Of a stretch of 64,000 nucleotides of DNA, positions 8,454-17,849 are shown one piece after another (positions within the stretch are counted from its first letter, which is position 1; each line of letters opens with the position of its first letter). The stretch lies in contig JBDRPX010000015.1 of NCBI GenBank assembly GCA_043826565.1, positions 67,317 to 131,316 on the forward strand. Reading direction: 5' to 3'. The translations under genes were made by a program, and so were the position numbers. The DNA comes from Candidatus Omnitrophota bacterium (GTDB lineage Bacteria; Omnitrophota; Gorgyraeia; B26-G9). The notes beneath the pieces were generated by a model. That model did not search any database. It had not been told where the DNA came from and saw only the letters and a list, made by a program, of their open reading frames with translations.

Positions 8454-9878
8454 TTATAAGGAAAGCGTTTTAAAGCCGGGAATAAAAATATCTTCATTGT
8501 CTTGTTCGACCTTGGCCCGGATCTTTCCCTGCGGATCAATAAAACAGGAAATCCCTGTGTTCGCCGAACGGATAAACCAGGAATGGTTTTCTACGGCGCG
8601 GAACACACTTGCCGCTAAATGCTGAATTGGTTCTGAGCTTATCCCAAACCAGGCCTCGTTAGTTATGGTTATCAGAATGTCTGCTTTTTGTCGATGAAAT
8701 TTTTTTACTAAACTGGGAAACATGTCTTCAAAGCATACTAAAACAGCAAAGCGGACCAGCTGTCCTTTTTTATTAGGCACTTCAAAAACCGTGTACTTCT
8801 CTCCCGGGGAAAAATCTCCGATACCGGCGTCATACAAAAATCCCAGGATTTTTTCGCAGGGAATATATTCTCCAAAAGGTACCAGATGAATTTTGTCATG
8901 ATATTTAAGCAATTCCCCTTCCGGAGAAAATAGGAAGGCGCTATTATAGTACTTATGCCGCGCTAGATCTTCCCGCGGGCTGCCGACCAGCAGATTTGTT
9001 TTGATCTCTTGCGCCAAGGTTGTAATGTTTTTGTAAAGCTTTGGTTCATCTAAAAGGTAGCCGGGCACAGATGTTTCCGGCCAGACAATTAAATCCGGAT
9101 GGTCTTTAGCCGCTTCGGTAGTTAATTCTGCAAAACGGTTAAGAATACTTTTTGTATAAACAGGGTCCCATTTTTGTTCCTGAGGAATATTCGGCTGAAT
9201 AATGCTTATTTTTAGATCTAAAGCCGGAATAGGCTGCTGCAGGCAGATCGCGCCATAGCCATAAACGACAAAAACAAACAACAGAACAATCCAGAGCGCG
9301 GGATCATGCAAGCAGATACGAAATTTTTTTATAATTAGCTGGCTGATAAGCACATTGACCATAACAATGATAAAACTAATACCCCAAACGCCTAATACAT
9401 TGCTGATCTGGATAAGATAAATATTTTTGAACTGGGAATGCCCCAGCAATGCCCAGCCAAATCCGGTTAAAAGATAACTTCTGGCGTATTCAGCGGCAAT
9501 CCAGGCCAGGGGAATGGTAAATAAACAATATCGCGAATCGGATTTTTTAGTTACTGCTCCAAAAAGAAGAATATAACAACTAAGATAGAGGCAGAGAAGT
9601 GTAAGGCCGATCAAACTGACATTTATAAGCCAGTACAAAGCGCCCATAAAAAAAACAAATCCGAAAATGAAAGAAAGAAGGAGTCTTTTTTTTAATGATA
9701 CATTATTAATGCTCAAAAGAAAAGGAACCAAGCCAAACCAGGCGATAACCCCCAAGTTTAATCTTGAAAACGCCAGGCAAAGCAATGCAGCTGATAACAG
9801 CGGCAGGAGCATTAATTTTTGTAGAGTTTTATTTTTTATTGGAATTACAACTTGTGACTTGTGACTTGTGACTTTCAT
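8454..9878 (-). CDS. lnt: Apolipoprotein N-acyltransferase Lnt
   Basis: Multi-TM N-terminal half plus C-terminal CN-hydrolase domain (WPE...VCFE); start placed at the ATG overlapping the secA stop (TAATG); an alternative start at 9812 is possible. Confidence 0.75.
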   Translation of the reverse strand: MKVTSHKSQVVIPIKNKTLQKLMLLPLLSAALLCLAFSRLNLGVIAWFGLVPFLLSINNVSLKKRLLLSFIFGFVFFMGALYWLINVSLIGLTLLCLYLSCYILLFGAVTKKSDSRYCLFTIPLAWIAAEYARSYLLTGFGWALLGHSQFKNIYLIQISNVLGVWGISFIIVMVNVLISQLIIKKFRICLHDPALWIVLLFVFVVYGYGAICLQQPIPALDLKISIIQPNIPQEQKWDPVYTKSILNRFAELTTEAAKDHPDLIVWPETSVPGYLLDEPKLYKNITTLAQEIKTNLLVGSPREDLARHKYYNSAFLFSPEGELLKYHDKIHLVPFGEYIPCEKILGFLYDAGIGDFSPGEKYTVFEVPNKKGQLVRFAVLVCFEDMFPSLVKKFHRQKADILITITNEAWFGISSEPIQHLAASVFRAVENHSWFIRSANTGISCFIDPQGKIRAKVEQDNEDIFIPGFKTLSL

Positions 9879-12703
9879 TACTTTCCGCAGCATTTTTTGT
9901 GTTTTTTACCGCTTCCACAGGGGCAGGGATCATTCCTGCCGACCTTTTCCTGGCTGCGGGTATAAGTTGTTGCTTTTTGTTCCCGGGAGTCCTGCGGCAG
10001 AGCATGGGGAGTTTGCCCTGGCTGGTTAAAACTGGTTGTCTCCGGGTGTGAATAAGAAACCGGAATACTATCAAAAACTCCGGCAGGTTCTTCACTGGCA
10101 ACGGTTTTAATTTTAAACAGGAATTCCAGAGTTTCTTCTTTTATCCGGGCGATCATCTCCGAGAAAAGGCTATATGCTTCATGCTGGTATTCTACCAGAG
10201 GGTCTTTTTGCCCAAAAGCCCGTAAGCCGATGCCTTCGCGCAACGTATCCATAGCATGCAGATTGTCTTTCCACTGGGTATCTAATATATGCAGGCATAT
10301 GGAACGTTCAAAATCACGGGACATATTCCGGCTCATGGAATTAAGTTTTACTTCATACGCGGTGATTAAAGTGTTGGCTAATGTTTCCTGGATATTCCCG
10401 TCCGCGGGCGCGGTAAACGAAATGCCGAATTTTGAATGGACCCAATCTTCCAGGCCGCTGATGTTCCAATCTCCGGGGTGTACTTTTGGCGGCAGATACT
10501 GCTCGGCCGCGTCTTCGACAATCTCATGGATCAACTCAATAATAAATTCCCGGGCATTGTCCTGCTCTAATATTTTTCGGCGCTGTTCATAAATAATTTC
10601 CCGCTGTTTGTTCATGACATTGTCATATTCAAGAAGCTGTTTGCGGATTTCAAAATTATGGCCTTCTACGCGTTTTTGGGCAATCTCAATGGAACGGGTG
10701 ATCATCAGATGCTCGATCGGCATATCTTCTTCCCATTGTACTAAATCCATAAACTTGGAAATCCTGTCCGAGGCAAATATCCGCATTAAATCATCTTGAA
10801 GCGATAGATAAAAACGGCTGGATCCGGGATCGCCCTGCCGTCCGGAACGGCCGCGCAGCTGATTGTCGATGCGGCGTGATTCATGACGTTCGGTGCCGAT
10901 AATATGCAGTCCGCCAAGAGCAATAACTTTTTCATGCTCATTGAGTGTCTCGTCTTTTACGCTTTGCAGAGCTTGCTCTTTTTGCTCTTTAGTGGCTAAT
11001 TGCGGATCAATGCCTTTTTTGCGCAGGAGTTCACTGGCAAAAAAATCCGCGTTTCCGCCAAGTAAAATATCGGTTCCCCGTCCGGCCATATTAGTGGCAA
11101 TAGTTACATTTCCGAATTTTCCGGATTGAGCAATAATCGTGGCTTCCTGTTCATGATATTTAGCATTAAGCACGCTGTGGGGGATACCTTTTTGTTTTAA
11201 TAGGCGGCCGAGAAGCTCTGATTTTTCTATAGAGATTGTTCCCACTAAAACCGGCCTTCCGACTTGATGCATTTGGCAGATTTCTTCAACAACAGCTTTA
11301 AACTTTTCTTTCTCGGTTTTATAAATAACATCCGGCTGATTATCCCGGGACAACGGCCGGTTTGTCGGGATCACGGTTACGTCAAGTTTATAGATATGCT
11401 GGAATTCCGCTTCTTCGGTTACCGCGGTTCCGGTCATGCCGGCAAGTTTATTATACATGCGAAAGTAATTCTGGAAGGTGATTGTCGCTAAAGTCTGATT
11501 TTCTCTTTCGATTTTTACCCCTTCTTTAGCCTCAACAGCCTGGTGCAATCCGTCGCTCCAGCGGCGTCCCGGCATCAGCCTTCCGGTAAAATCATCAACG
11601 ATAATTACTTTGCCTTCCTTTACTACATAATGAACATCGCGTTTGAAAAGCCGGGAATGAGCTTTTAAGGCCTGGTCGACATGGTGCTTGAGCTCCATTG
11701 TTTCTAAATCGCTGAGGCTGTCCACGCCGAGTATTTTCGCGACCCGAGCTTCGCCTTGCTCGGTAAGATAAGCGGCATGACTTTTTTCATCAACAATAAA
11801 ATCACCGGATTCCTCTTTGGTTTCCTCATTTTTTTCGCCTTCGGTAAGCTTGGGAATTATTCGGTCAATACTGTAATACTTGTCGGTGGAAGCTTCTGTT
11901 GGTCCGGAAATGATCAAAGGAGTTCGTGCTTCATCAATAAGGATACTGTCAACTTCATCAACAATGGCAAAGTTAAGTTCTCTCTGGACCATATCATCTT
12001 TATGCAGGACCATATTGTCCCGTAAATAATCAAAACCAAACTCATTATTGGTCCCGTAGGTAATATCGCTATGGTATGCCTGCCGGCGGGTGAGTGGTTT
12101 TAAGTGCGACATGCGTTCATCACGCGTGGAGTCATCAAGATATGCCGGGTCATATACAACAGAAGCCTCATGGGCAATAGAAGCGCACGTTAAGCCTAGA
12201 AAATGATATATCGGCCCCATCCATCCGCAGTCTCTTTGAGCCAGATAATCGTTTACGGTAATTAAGTGTACCCCTTTTCCGGTTAGCGCGTTAAGATAGA
12301 CCGCCAGAGTTGCCACCAGGGTTTTTCCTTCACCAGTGGTCATTTCCGCGATTTTCCCCTCATGAAGGATAATCCCGCCGAAAAGCTGTACGTCAAAATG
12401 CCGCATAGCTACAGTACGCTTGGACGCCTCCCGGCAAACAGCAAAAGCTTCCGGAAGGATCTCATCTAATGCGGCTTTTTCTATTTTTTTTATTTCTTTT
12501 TCCGGGGCATCTTCCTCAAGGTGCTCTTTGGTGTATTCGCTTATCCGGGCTTTAAATTCTCCGGTTTTATTTTTTAATTGCTCGTCGGAAAGGCCGGAGA
12601 TCTCTGCTTCCAGGGAATTTATTTTTTCAACTAAAGGGCTAAGCCGTTTAAGCTCTTTTTCGTTGTGTGATCCAAAGATCATGTTTTTTATGAATTTTAA
12701 CAT
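9878..12703 (-). CDS. secA: Preprotein translocase ATPase SecA
   Basis: 941 aa; DEAD motor, PPXD, C-terminal zinc finger [14 protein letters not shown]. Confidence 0.97.
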   Translation of the reverse strand: MLKFIKNMIFGSHNEKELKRLSPLVEKINSLEAEISGLSDEQLKNKTGEFKARISEYTKEHLEEDAPEKEIKKIEKAALDEILPEAFAVCREASKRTVAMRHFDVQLFGGIILHEGKIAEMTTGEGKTLVATLAVYLNALTGKGVHLITVNDYLAQRDCGWMGPIYHFLGLTCASIAHEASVVYDPAYLDDSTRDERMSHLKPLTRRQAYHSDITYGTNNEFGFDYLRDNMVLHKDDMVQRELNFAIVDEVDSILIDEARTPLIISGPTEASTDKYYSIDRIIPKLTEGEKNEETKEESGDFIVDEKSHAAYLTEQGEARVAKILGVDSLSDLETMELKHHVDQALKAHSRLFKRDVHYVVKEGKVIIVDDFTGRLMPGRRWSDGLHQAVEAKEGVKIERENQTLATITFQNYFRMYNKLAGMTGTAVTEEAEFQHIYKLDVTVIPTNRPLSRDNQPDVIYKTEKEKFKAVVEEICQMHQVGRPVLVGTISIEKSELLGRLLKQKGIPHSVLNAKYHEQEATIIAQSGKFGNVTIATNMAGRGTDILLGGNADFFASELLRKKGIDPQLATKEQKEQALQSVKDETLNEHEKVIALGGLHIIGTERHESRRIDNQLRGRSGRQGDPGSSRFYLSLQDDLMRIFASDRISKFMDLVQWEEDMPIEHLMITRSIEIAQKRVEGHNFEIRKQLLEYDNVMNKQREIIYEQRRKILEQDNAREFIIELIHEIVEDAAEQYLPPKVHPGDWNISGLEDWVHSKFGISFTAPADGNIQETLANTLITAYEVKLNSMSRNMSRDFERSICLHILDTQWKDNLHAMDTLREGIGLRAFGQKDPLVEYQHEAYSLFSEMIARIKEETLEFLFKIKTVASEEPAGVFDSIPVSYSHPETTSFNQPGQTPHALPQDSREQKATTYTRSQEKVGRNDPCPCGSGKKHKKCCGK

Positions 12704-12797
12704 AGAAATTTCTCCTTAATGAATTTCTTATTATAAGACATAGCAGGAGAAATGGCAAGAGGATTTATAACGGGGGAATGATCTTTTGCGCCAAGGT

Positions 12798-13202
12798 TTA
12801 ATCCATTCCGTAGTCAGCCAGATAGGTATTCGAAGAGGTAAACACCTCATCCTGATCTAAAAAAATGTTTTGTCCGCTTTCCGCGCCGCTTTGCCGGGCG
12901 GCCTGAAGGCTAAATGTCAGGGCGGCATTGTCAATCGCGGGAATAGTATAGGTCCAATCGTCAGTATTGTGAAAGTTTCCGCCGATCGTTCCTTCGAGAT
13001 CACCTAAATTTTGGGTAAATGCCTGGTTTTCTGTAAACCACTCTAATTGGGCTTTGCGCATATTGTTTAAATCTGATTTTGCCTGTCCCATCTTAGCGCG
13101 TTCAATTGTGCGGGTATAACTGGGGACCGCGACAGTGACTAATATCCCGATGATTACAACGACCATTAATATCTCAATTAGGCTAAACCCCTTTTTATAC
13201 AT
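12798..13202 (-). CDS. Type IV pilin (prepilin with KKG|FSLIEI motif)
   Basis: Start moved to internal ATG (MYKKGFSLIEILMVVVIIGILV) preceded by RBS AGGAG; the upstream 34 codons of the ORF-track call lack an RBS. Confidence 0.75.
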   Translation of the reverse strand: MYKKGFSLIEILMVVVIIGILVTVAVPSYTRTIERAKMGQAKSDLNNMRKAQLEWFTENQAFTQNLGDLEGTIGGNFHNTDDWTYTIPAIDNAALTFSLQAARQSGAESGQNIFLDQDEVFTSSNTYLADYGMD

Positions 13203-13556
13203 GATAATCGCTCCTTTATAATAAATAGATAAAGCAGTAACGTATTGTCTAATATAAGTATACCCTTTTTTTTTAGAAAAAACAAGACTTCTTAGATAAG
13301 GCAAAAAAGGGTCATTCTTAATTAATGTGAACTGTTTTCTATAACTTAATTAGATATAAATTGTTTGGCTGAATTTAAGAATGCCCCTTGATTACACAGA
13401 TTTGTAAGAGATTACAATGATTATTTTTTATTGGTCTATCGGTGTAATCGGGCTTTAATCGCTATAATCAGGTTCTTTCAAGCTCACAAAAAATAAGAAA
13501 GAACCAAAAAATCCAAGATATGTTATAATATCATCCACATAACGGAGATTAAGAGC

Positions 13557-14696
13557 ATGAAAAAGCTTAATATACTGCATATAATAACCAATTTGGAGCT
13601 GGGCGGAGCGCAGAAAAACGCGTTAAAAATAATCACGGCTCTGGAAAATAGCAAATATAATAAATTTTTCATCAGCGCGCCCCGCGGCTTATTATGTGAA
13701 GAAGCCAAAGCCTTAAATGATGTGACGGTTTGTTTTCTTTCCTCTTTAAAAAGATCGATCTCTCCGCTGCACGATATGATCGCCTTGGGTAATATTGCCG
13801 GTTTTATCCGGAGGAATAAAATCGATATTGTGCATACACACAGCTCTAAAGCCGGAATTCTGGGCCGCTGGGCAGCGCATTTATGCGGAGTAAAAACAAT
13901 AATTCACAGTATTCATGGATGGAGTTTTAATGACCATATGCATCCTTTGACCCGGCAATTGTATATATTTTTGGAAAAGATCACCGCCGGAATTACCACC
14001 AGCCTGGTTGCGGTTTCTAAACAAGACATTGAGAAAGGCCTGGATAATAAAGTAGGCAAGCCGGGCCAATACCAGCTCATTCATTATGGAATTGATCTAA
14101 AAACTAATTGCTTCGAGCCGGAAGATACTAAAAAATCTATTTTAGGGTGTGAAATGGATAGCCCGGTTGCGGGGATGATCGCTTGTCTTAAGCCGCAGAA
14201 AAACCCCTTGGATTTTGTCCGCATGGCCGCAATAATCAGTGAAAAATATCCGCAAGTGCGGTTTGTCGAGATCGGAGAAGGTGTTTTGCGCCAACAGATG
14301 CGGGCGATGATTCGGGAAAAAAGCTTAGAAGACAAGGTGAAGCTTTTGGGCTGGCGCAAAGACATTGAAACGATCCTGCCTTTAGTGGATGTGGTTGTGT
14401 TGACGTCTTTGTGGGAGGGCTTACCCATGGTTCTGCTCGAAGCTATGGCTCTGGCCAAGCCGATCGTTGCTTATGATGCCGGCGGGGTAAGTGAGATTCT
14501 TCAGGATCAAATAAATGGCTATCTGATAAAGCAGAAAGATCTCGGTTCTTTGGCGGAAAAAACCGGGTATTTGCTAAATAATAAAACAGCTGCCCGGGCC
14601 ATGGGGCAAAAAGGGAAAGAATTGTTTGAGCATTCGGATTTTAATGTAACAGCAATGATGGCTAAATTTGAAATTCTGTATCAATCAAAAACATAA
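13557..14696 (+). CDS. Glycosyltransferase family 4 (GT1 clan)
   Basis: 379 aa; C-terminal EGLPMVLLEAMALAKPIVAYDAGG retaining-GT motif; RBS GGAG. Confidence 0.85.
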   Translation: MKKLNILHIITNLELGGAQKNALKIITALENSKYNKFFISAPRGLLCEEAKALNDVTVCFLSSLKRSISPLHDMIALGNIAGFIRRNKIDIVHTHSSKAGILGRWAAHLCGVKTIIHSIHGWSFNDHMHPLTRQLYIFLEKITAGITTSLVAVSKQDIEKGLDNKVGKPGQYQLIHYGIDLKTNCFEPEDTKKSILGCEMDSPVAGMIACLKPQKNPLDFVRMAAIISEKYPQVRFVEIGEGVLRQQMRAMIREKSLEDKVKLLGWRKDIETILPLVDVVVLTSLWEGLPMVLLEAMALAKPIVAYDAGGVSEILQDQINGYLIKQKDLGSLAEKTGYLLNNKTAARAMGQKGKELFEHSDFNVTAMMAKFEILYQSKT

Positions 14697-14710
14697 ATCT
14701 GCGAAAAAGG

Positions 14711-15112
14711 CTAATCCGGATATCTCCCGATATCATTGCTCGCATCGTCAAAATATGTTAAGGTTGCTGTTTGATTTAAAGTAATATAATAATTAACAAA
14801 TCTTCCGTTGTTTCTGGTGGCGGTGGCGGTAAAGGTGTCGGTAGTGGCGGAAACAATCGAATATGTCCACTCTCCGTCATTGGCTACGAATGTTGCACAA
14901 GATTGCAGATTAGCAATGGAGTTTGTGTAACTTGAATTTTCAATAGCCCAGACGCCTTCCGCGGAATGAATAATATTAAGCGTTTCTATGGCCTGCGCCC
15001 CAAAACCTTTTTCCTGGGTATTCAGATAGTGAGGGACGGCGATCGCGGCAACTATCCCGATGATAATGACGGTAACCATAAGTTCAACAAGTGTAAACCC
15101 CTTTATGTTCAT
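14711..15112 (-). CDS. Type IV pilin-like protein (MNIKG|FTLVELMV)
   Basis: Start moved to internal ATG preceded by RBS AGGAGA; prepilin leader plus hydrophobic helix with Glu+5. Confidence 0.7.
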   Translation of the reverse strand: MNIKGFTLVELMVTVIIIGIVAAIAVPHYLNTQEKGFGAQAIETLNIIHSAEGVWAIENSSYTNSIANLQSCATFVANDGEWTYSIVSATTDTFTATATRNNGRFVNYYITLNQTATLTYFDDASNDIGRYPD

Positions 15113-15367
15113 AAAAATCTCTCCTGGCACAATCCTCATATAAGAATCGGATTATACCTGATTAAAACGATTATTAATAGATTACAAAGATTAAACCATT
15201 AATCTTCTATAACTAATTCCACAGAAAAAAGATATCTTTCTTTAATCACTGTAATCTCCTCTTTAATCTATGGAATCAAAACATCCTGATCTTTATGGGA
15301 TGTTTTTAAAAATAATAGAAATAAAGTTTTCCCTGCATCAAGTATACCATATGCCGCGATAAAAAGG

Positions 15368-15404
15368 GGTTCTTTTTTTGTTCAATTTGAACAAAAAAAG
15401 AACC
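15368..15404. repeat. Perfect 18-bp-stem hairpin GGTTCTTTTTTTGTTCAA-t-TTGAACAAAAAAAGAACC in a divergent promoter region
   Basis: Arms 15368-15385 and 15387-15404 are exact reverse complements. Confidence 0.6.
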
Positions 15405-15583
15405 TGATTGCATAGATTAAAACACGATTACACAGATTTATTTTCTGTCAAACGAAGACAATCGCTGTAATCTGCTTTTTAATCATTGGAATCAGGGGCA
15501 TTCTGAAATTTTTGTTAACTAAGTTCACTGTAATAACTTATAAACAATCTTTCAGCTTAAATAAGAATGCCCCTAAAAAGGTA

Positions 15584-15612
15584 TTGACAAAAAATTCTTT
15601 GTGGGATATACT
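15584..15612 (+). promoter_or_regulatory. Candidate sigma70 promoter for marR-family gene: -35 TTGACA, 17-nt spacer, -10 TATACT
   Basis: TTGACA 15584-15589; TATACT 15607-15612; ~45 nt upstream of ATG 15659. Confidence 0.4.
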
Positions 15613-15622
15613 TATTAATGTG

Positions 15623-15645
15623 AATAGTTAGCATTGTTAACTATT
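15623..15645. promoter_or_regulatory. Inverted repeat AATAGTTA-n7-TAACTATT overlapping the predicted TSS/5'UTR of the MarR-family gene (candidate autoregulatory operator)
   Basis: 8-bp arms read from sequence; MarR regulators typically bind palindromes in their own promoters. Confidence 0.4.
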
Positions 15646-15658
15646 AAGGAGGTTAATA

Positions 15659-16135
15659 ATGAACAGACCGGATTCGGTTGATGTTTTTGCCCGGGAGCTG
15701 TCGGAGATTTTCCCGCAGGTGATCCGCGGGGTGATGAGCCGGGAAACGCATGCTTTGGCCCGGGGCAAGATTACGGCGCCCCAATATCTGGTGCTGGAAT
15801 TGCTTCATTCACAGGGGCCGTCGAAGATGAGCTGTTTAGCCGAAGAATTCCGGGTAAGCTCTCCGGCAATGAGCGGCTTGGTGGATAGGCTTTTTAAAAT
15901 GAATGTGGTTAAACGGGTCTATGGGGAAAAAGACCGCCGGGTAATCAGAATAGAGCTTACGGCGAAAGGGAAAAAGCTGGCCGAAGAGATCAGCCGGCAA
16001 AAACAAAAAATGATCAAAGAATTTTTCGGGCAGCTAGCGGAAAAAGACCGCCGGGATTATCTGCGTATATTAAAAAAGATCCGGGGATTGTTATTTAAAG
16101 CCGCAAGTCCCAAGCCTCAAGCCGCAAGGAAATAA
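15659..16135 (+). CDS. MarR family transcriptional regulator
   Basis: 158 aa; winged-HTH MarR core (LAEEFRVSSPAMSGLVDRL...RRVIRIELTAKG); RBS AAGGAGG. Confidence 0.85.
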   Translation: MNRPDSVDVFARELSEIFPQVIRGVMSRETHALARGKITAPQYLVLELLHSQGPSKMSCLAEEFRVSSPAMSGLVDRLFKMNVVKRVYGEKDRRVIRIELTAKGKKLAEEISRQKQKMIKEFFGQLAEKDRRDYLRILKKIRGLLFKAASPKPQAARK

Positions 16136-16228
16136 TAAAAACAAAAAACAGAAAAACGGAAAGACAAAAAATCAAAAGAACAGATGTCCAACTTTCAATA
16201 CTCAATATTCATAAACAGGTAATTAATT

Positions 16229-17707
16229 ATGAAAAATTTAAAAACAAGTTTAATTATAATTAGTATTTTGTGCTTTGTGGGGGCGTCTGATGCTGTTGCT
16301 GGTGAGGGGAACCCGCAGAAAAGAATCGCGCTTTCAATAGCTCAGGTAAGTAAGCTTGCCCTGGAAAATAATATTGATATTCAGATCGCGAAATATGACG
16401 CGTATATTAACCGGACCGCGGTTTCTGAGGTCAATTCGATTTTTGATACAGTGCTCAAAGCTTCAGCCGTGCATTCCGATGACCAGAGAAAAAGCGGAAG
16501 TACCTTTTCCGGGACTAAGAATACGGCTAATGATTATTCGCTCGGGATAGAAAAAAAGATTATTAGCGGAACGACCCTCGGAGTTGATTTTGAGGACAGC
16601 CGTTCGTGGACAAATTCTGCTTTTACATCGGTTAATCCGGCGCATGACGCGTCCGTGAGGTTTTCCATCTCTCAGCCTTTAGGCCGGAATTTTCTCGGGC
16701 TTGTTGACCGGGGGAATGTAAAAGTGACAAAACTTGAAGTTGCGAACAGCGACAGTTATGCTTTAGACAGGATAGAACAATCGCTGGCGAGTGTGCAGAG
16801 CGCTTATTGGCAATTGATGTTAAAATACGCGGAACTGGAAATAGAAAAAGATATGCTTAAAAAAGCGCAGGAATTGTACGCGATATTTAAGGAACAGAGT
16901 AAACTGGGATTGGTCGAAGACGCGGAGCTGTTTGCTTCCGGAGCCAATGTTGAAGAGCGCAGGGCCAGTGTGACGGCCGCGCAGAATAATGTTCTGCTGG
17001 CGAATAACGCGCTTTTACTTTTACTGCAGGAGGAAGATTCGGAGATTGTAATTCTCCCGGAAGAAGTTTTTTCTGTTCCGCCGGAACCGCTAGCATTAGA
17101 CCAGAGTTTGCGTATCGCGATCGCGCAGCGGCGTGATTATCAGCAGGCGAATAATGATATTGAAGTAAAAAAAATAAATTTAGACATGAAAAAAAATAAT
17201 CTCTGGCCGCAGATCGATCTGGAAGCTTCGTTTCTGCATAACGGCTTAGAGGTTTCTCAGGAAGATGCCTGGGGAAATACCACGGAAGAAGATAATCCCC
17301 AGCTATACGCCGGGATCACTGTGCGGGTTCCCTTGGAAAATTCTTCCGCTCGGGGAGCGCAGAAAAAAGCGCAAATTGAAAAAGCAAAAGCGTTATTGCA
17401 GTTAAAGAAAGTAGAGCATAAGATCGTTATTGAAGTTAACGACGCGACAAATACTTTAAATAATGCGGCGGAACAGATCGGATTTAAAGAACGCATTGTT
17501 GTTTTGCAGTCGAAAAAACTTGTTTTTGAAGAAAAACGATTTTCCTCCGGAAGGTCTAACAGCGATACTTTGATCCGGTATCAGGAGGATTTGTTAAGAG
17601 CAAAAATTGGATTAGCCGGCGCACGCTGTGCATATAAGCTGGCTTTGATTGATTTGAAACTCGCGCAAAATTCCCTTTTGGATGAATACTGGCAGGGGAA
17701 GCTTTAA
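16229..17707 (+). CDS. Outer membrane efflux protein (TolC/OEP family)
   Basis: 492 aa; signal peptide, two OEP repeats with coiled-coil segments. Confidence 0.8.
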   Translation: MKNLKTSLIIISILCFVGASDAVAGEGNPQKRIALSIAQVSKLALENNIDIQIAKYDAYINRTAVSEVNSIFDTVLKASAVHSDDQRKSGSTFSGTKNTANDYSLGIEKKIISGTTLGVDFEDSRSWTNSAFTSVNPAHDASVRFSISQPLGRNFLGLVDRGNVKVTKLEVANSDSYALDRIEQSLASVQSAYWQLMLKYAELEIEKDMLKKAQELYAIFKEQSKLGLVEDAELFASGANVEERRASVTAAQNNVLLANNALLLLLQEEDSEIVILPEEVFSVPPEPLALDQSLRIAIAQRRDYQQANNDIEVKKINLDMKKNNLWPQIDLEASFLHNGLEVSQEDAWGNTTEEDNPQLYAGITVRVPLENSSARGAQKKAQIEKAKALLQLKKVEHKIVIEVNDATNTLNNAAEQIGFKERIVVLQSKKLVFEEKRFSSGRSNSDTLIRYQEDLLRAKIGLAGARCAYKLALIDLKLAQNSLLDEYWQGKL

Positions 17708-17849
17708 CGGTTACAAGTCACAAGTCGCAAGTCGCAAGTTCCAGGGGAAAAAACTTGTGACCTGTAGCTTGAGACTGCCGGAGAGTAGTAGTAACTAAGA
17801 AAATTATTAGATTTTATTAATGGAATAGGTTTGCATAAAAAGGAATGTT

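Noticed and set aside
10230-12719. Six + strand ORFs (63-120 aa) antisense to secA
   Set aside because: Shadow ORFs inside a confidently identified 941-aa secA on the opposite strand; no RBS or domain features.
13881-14458. Minus-strand ORFs inside the glycosyltransferase gene
   Set aside because: Shadow ORFs; no independent support.
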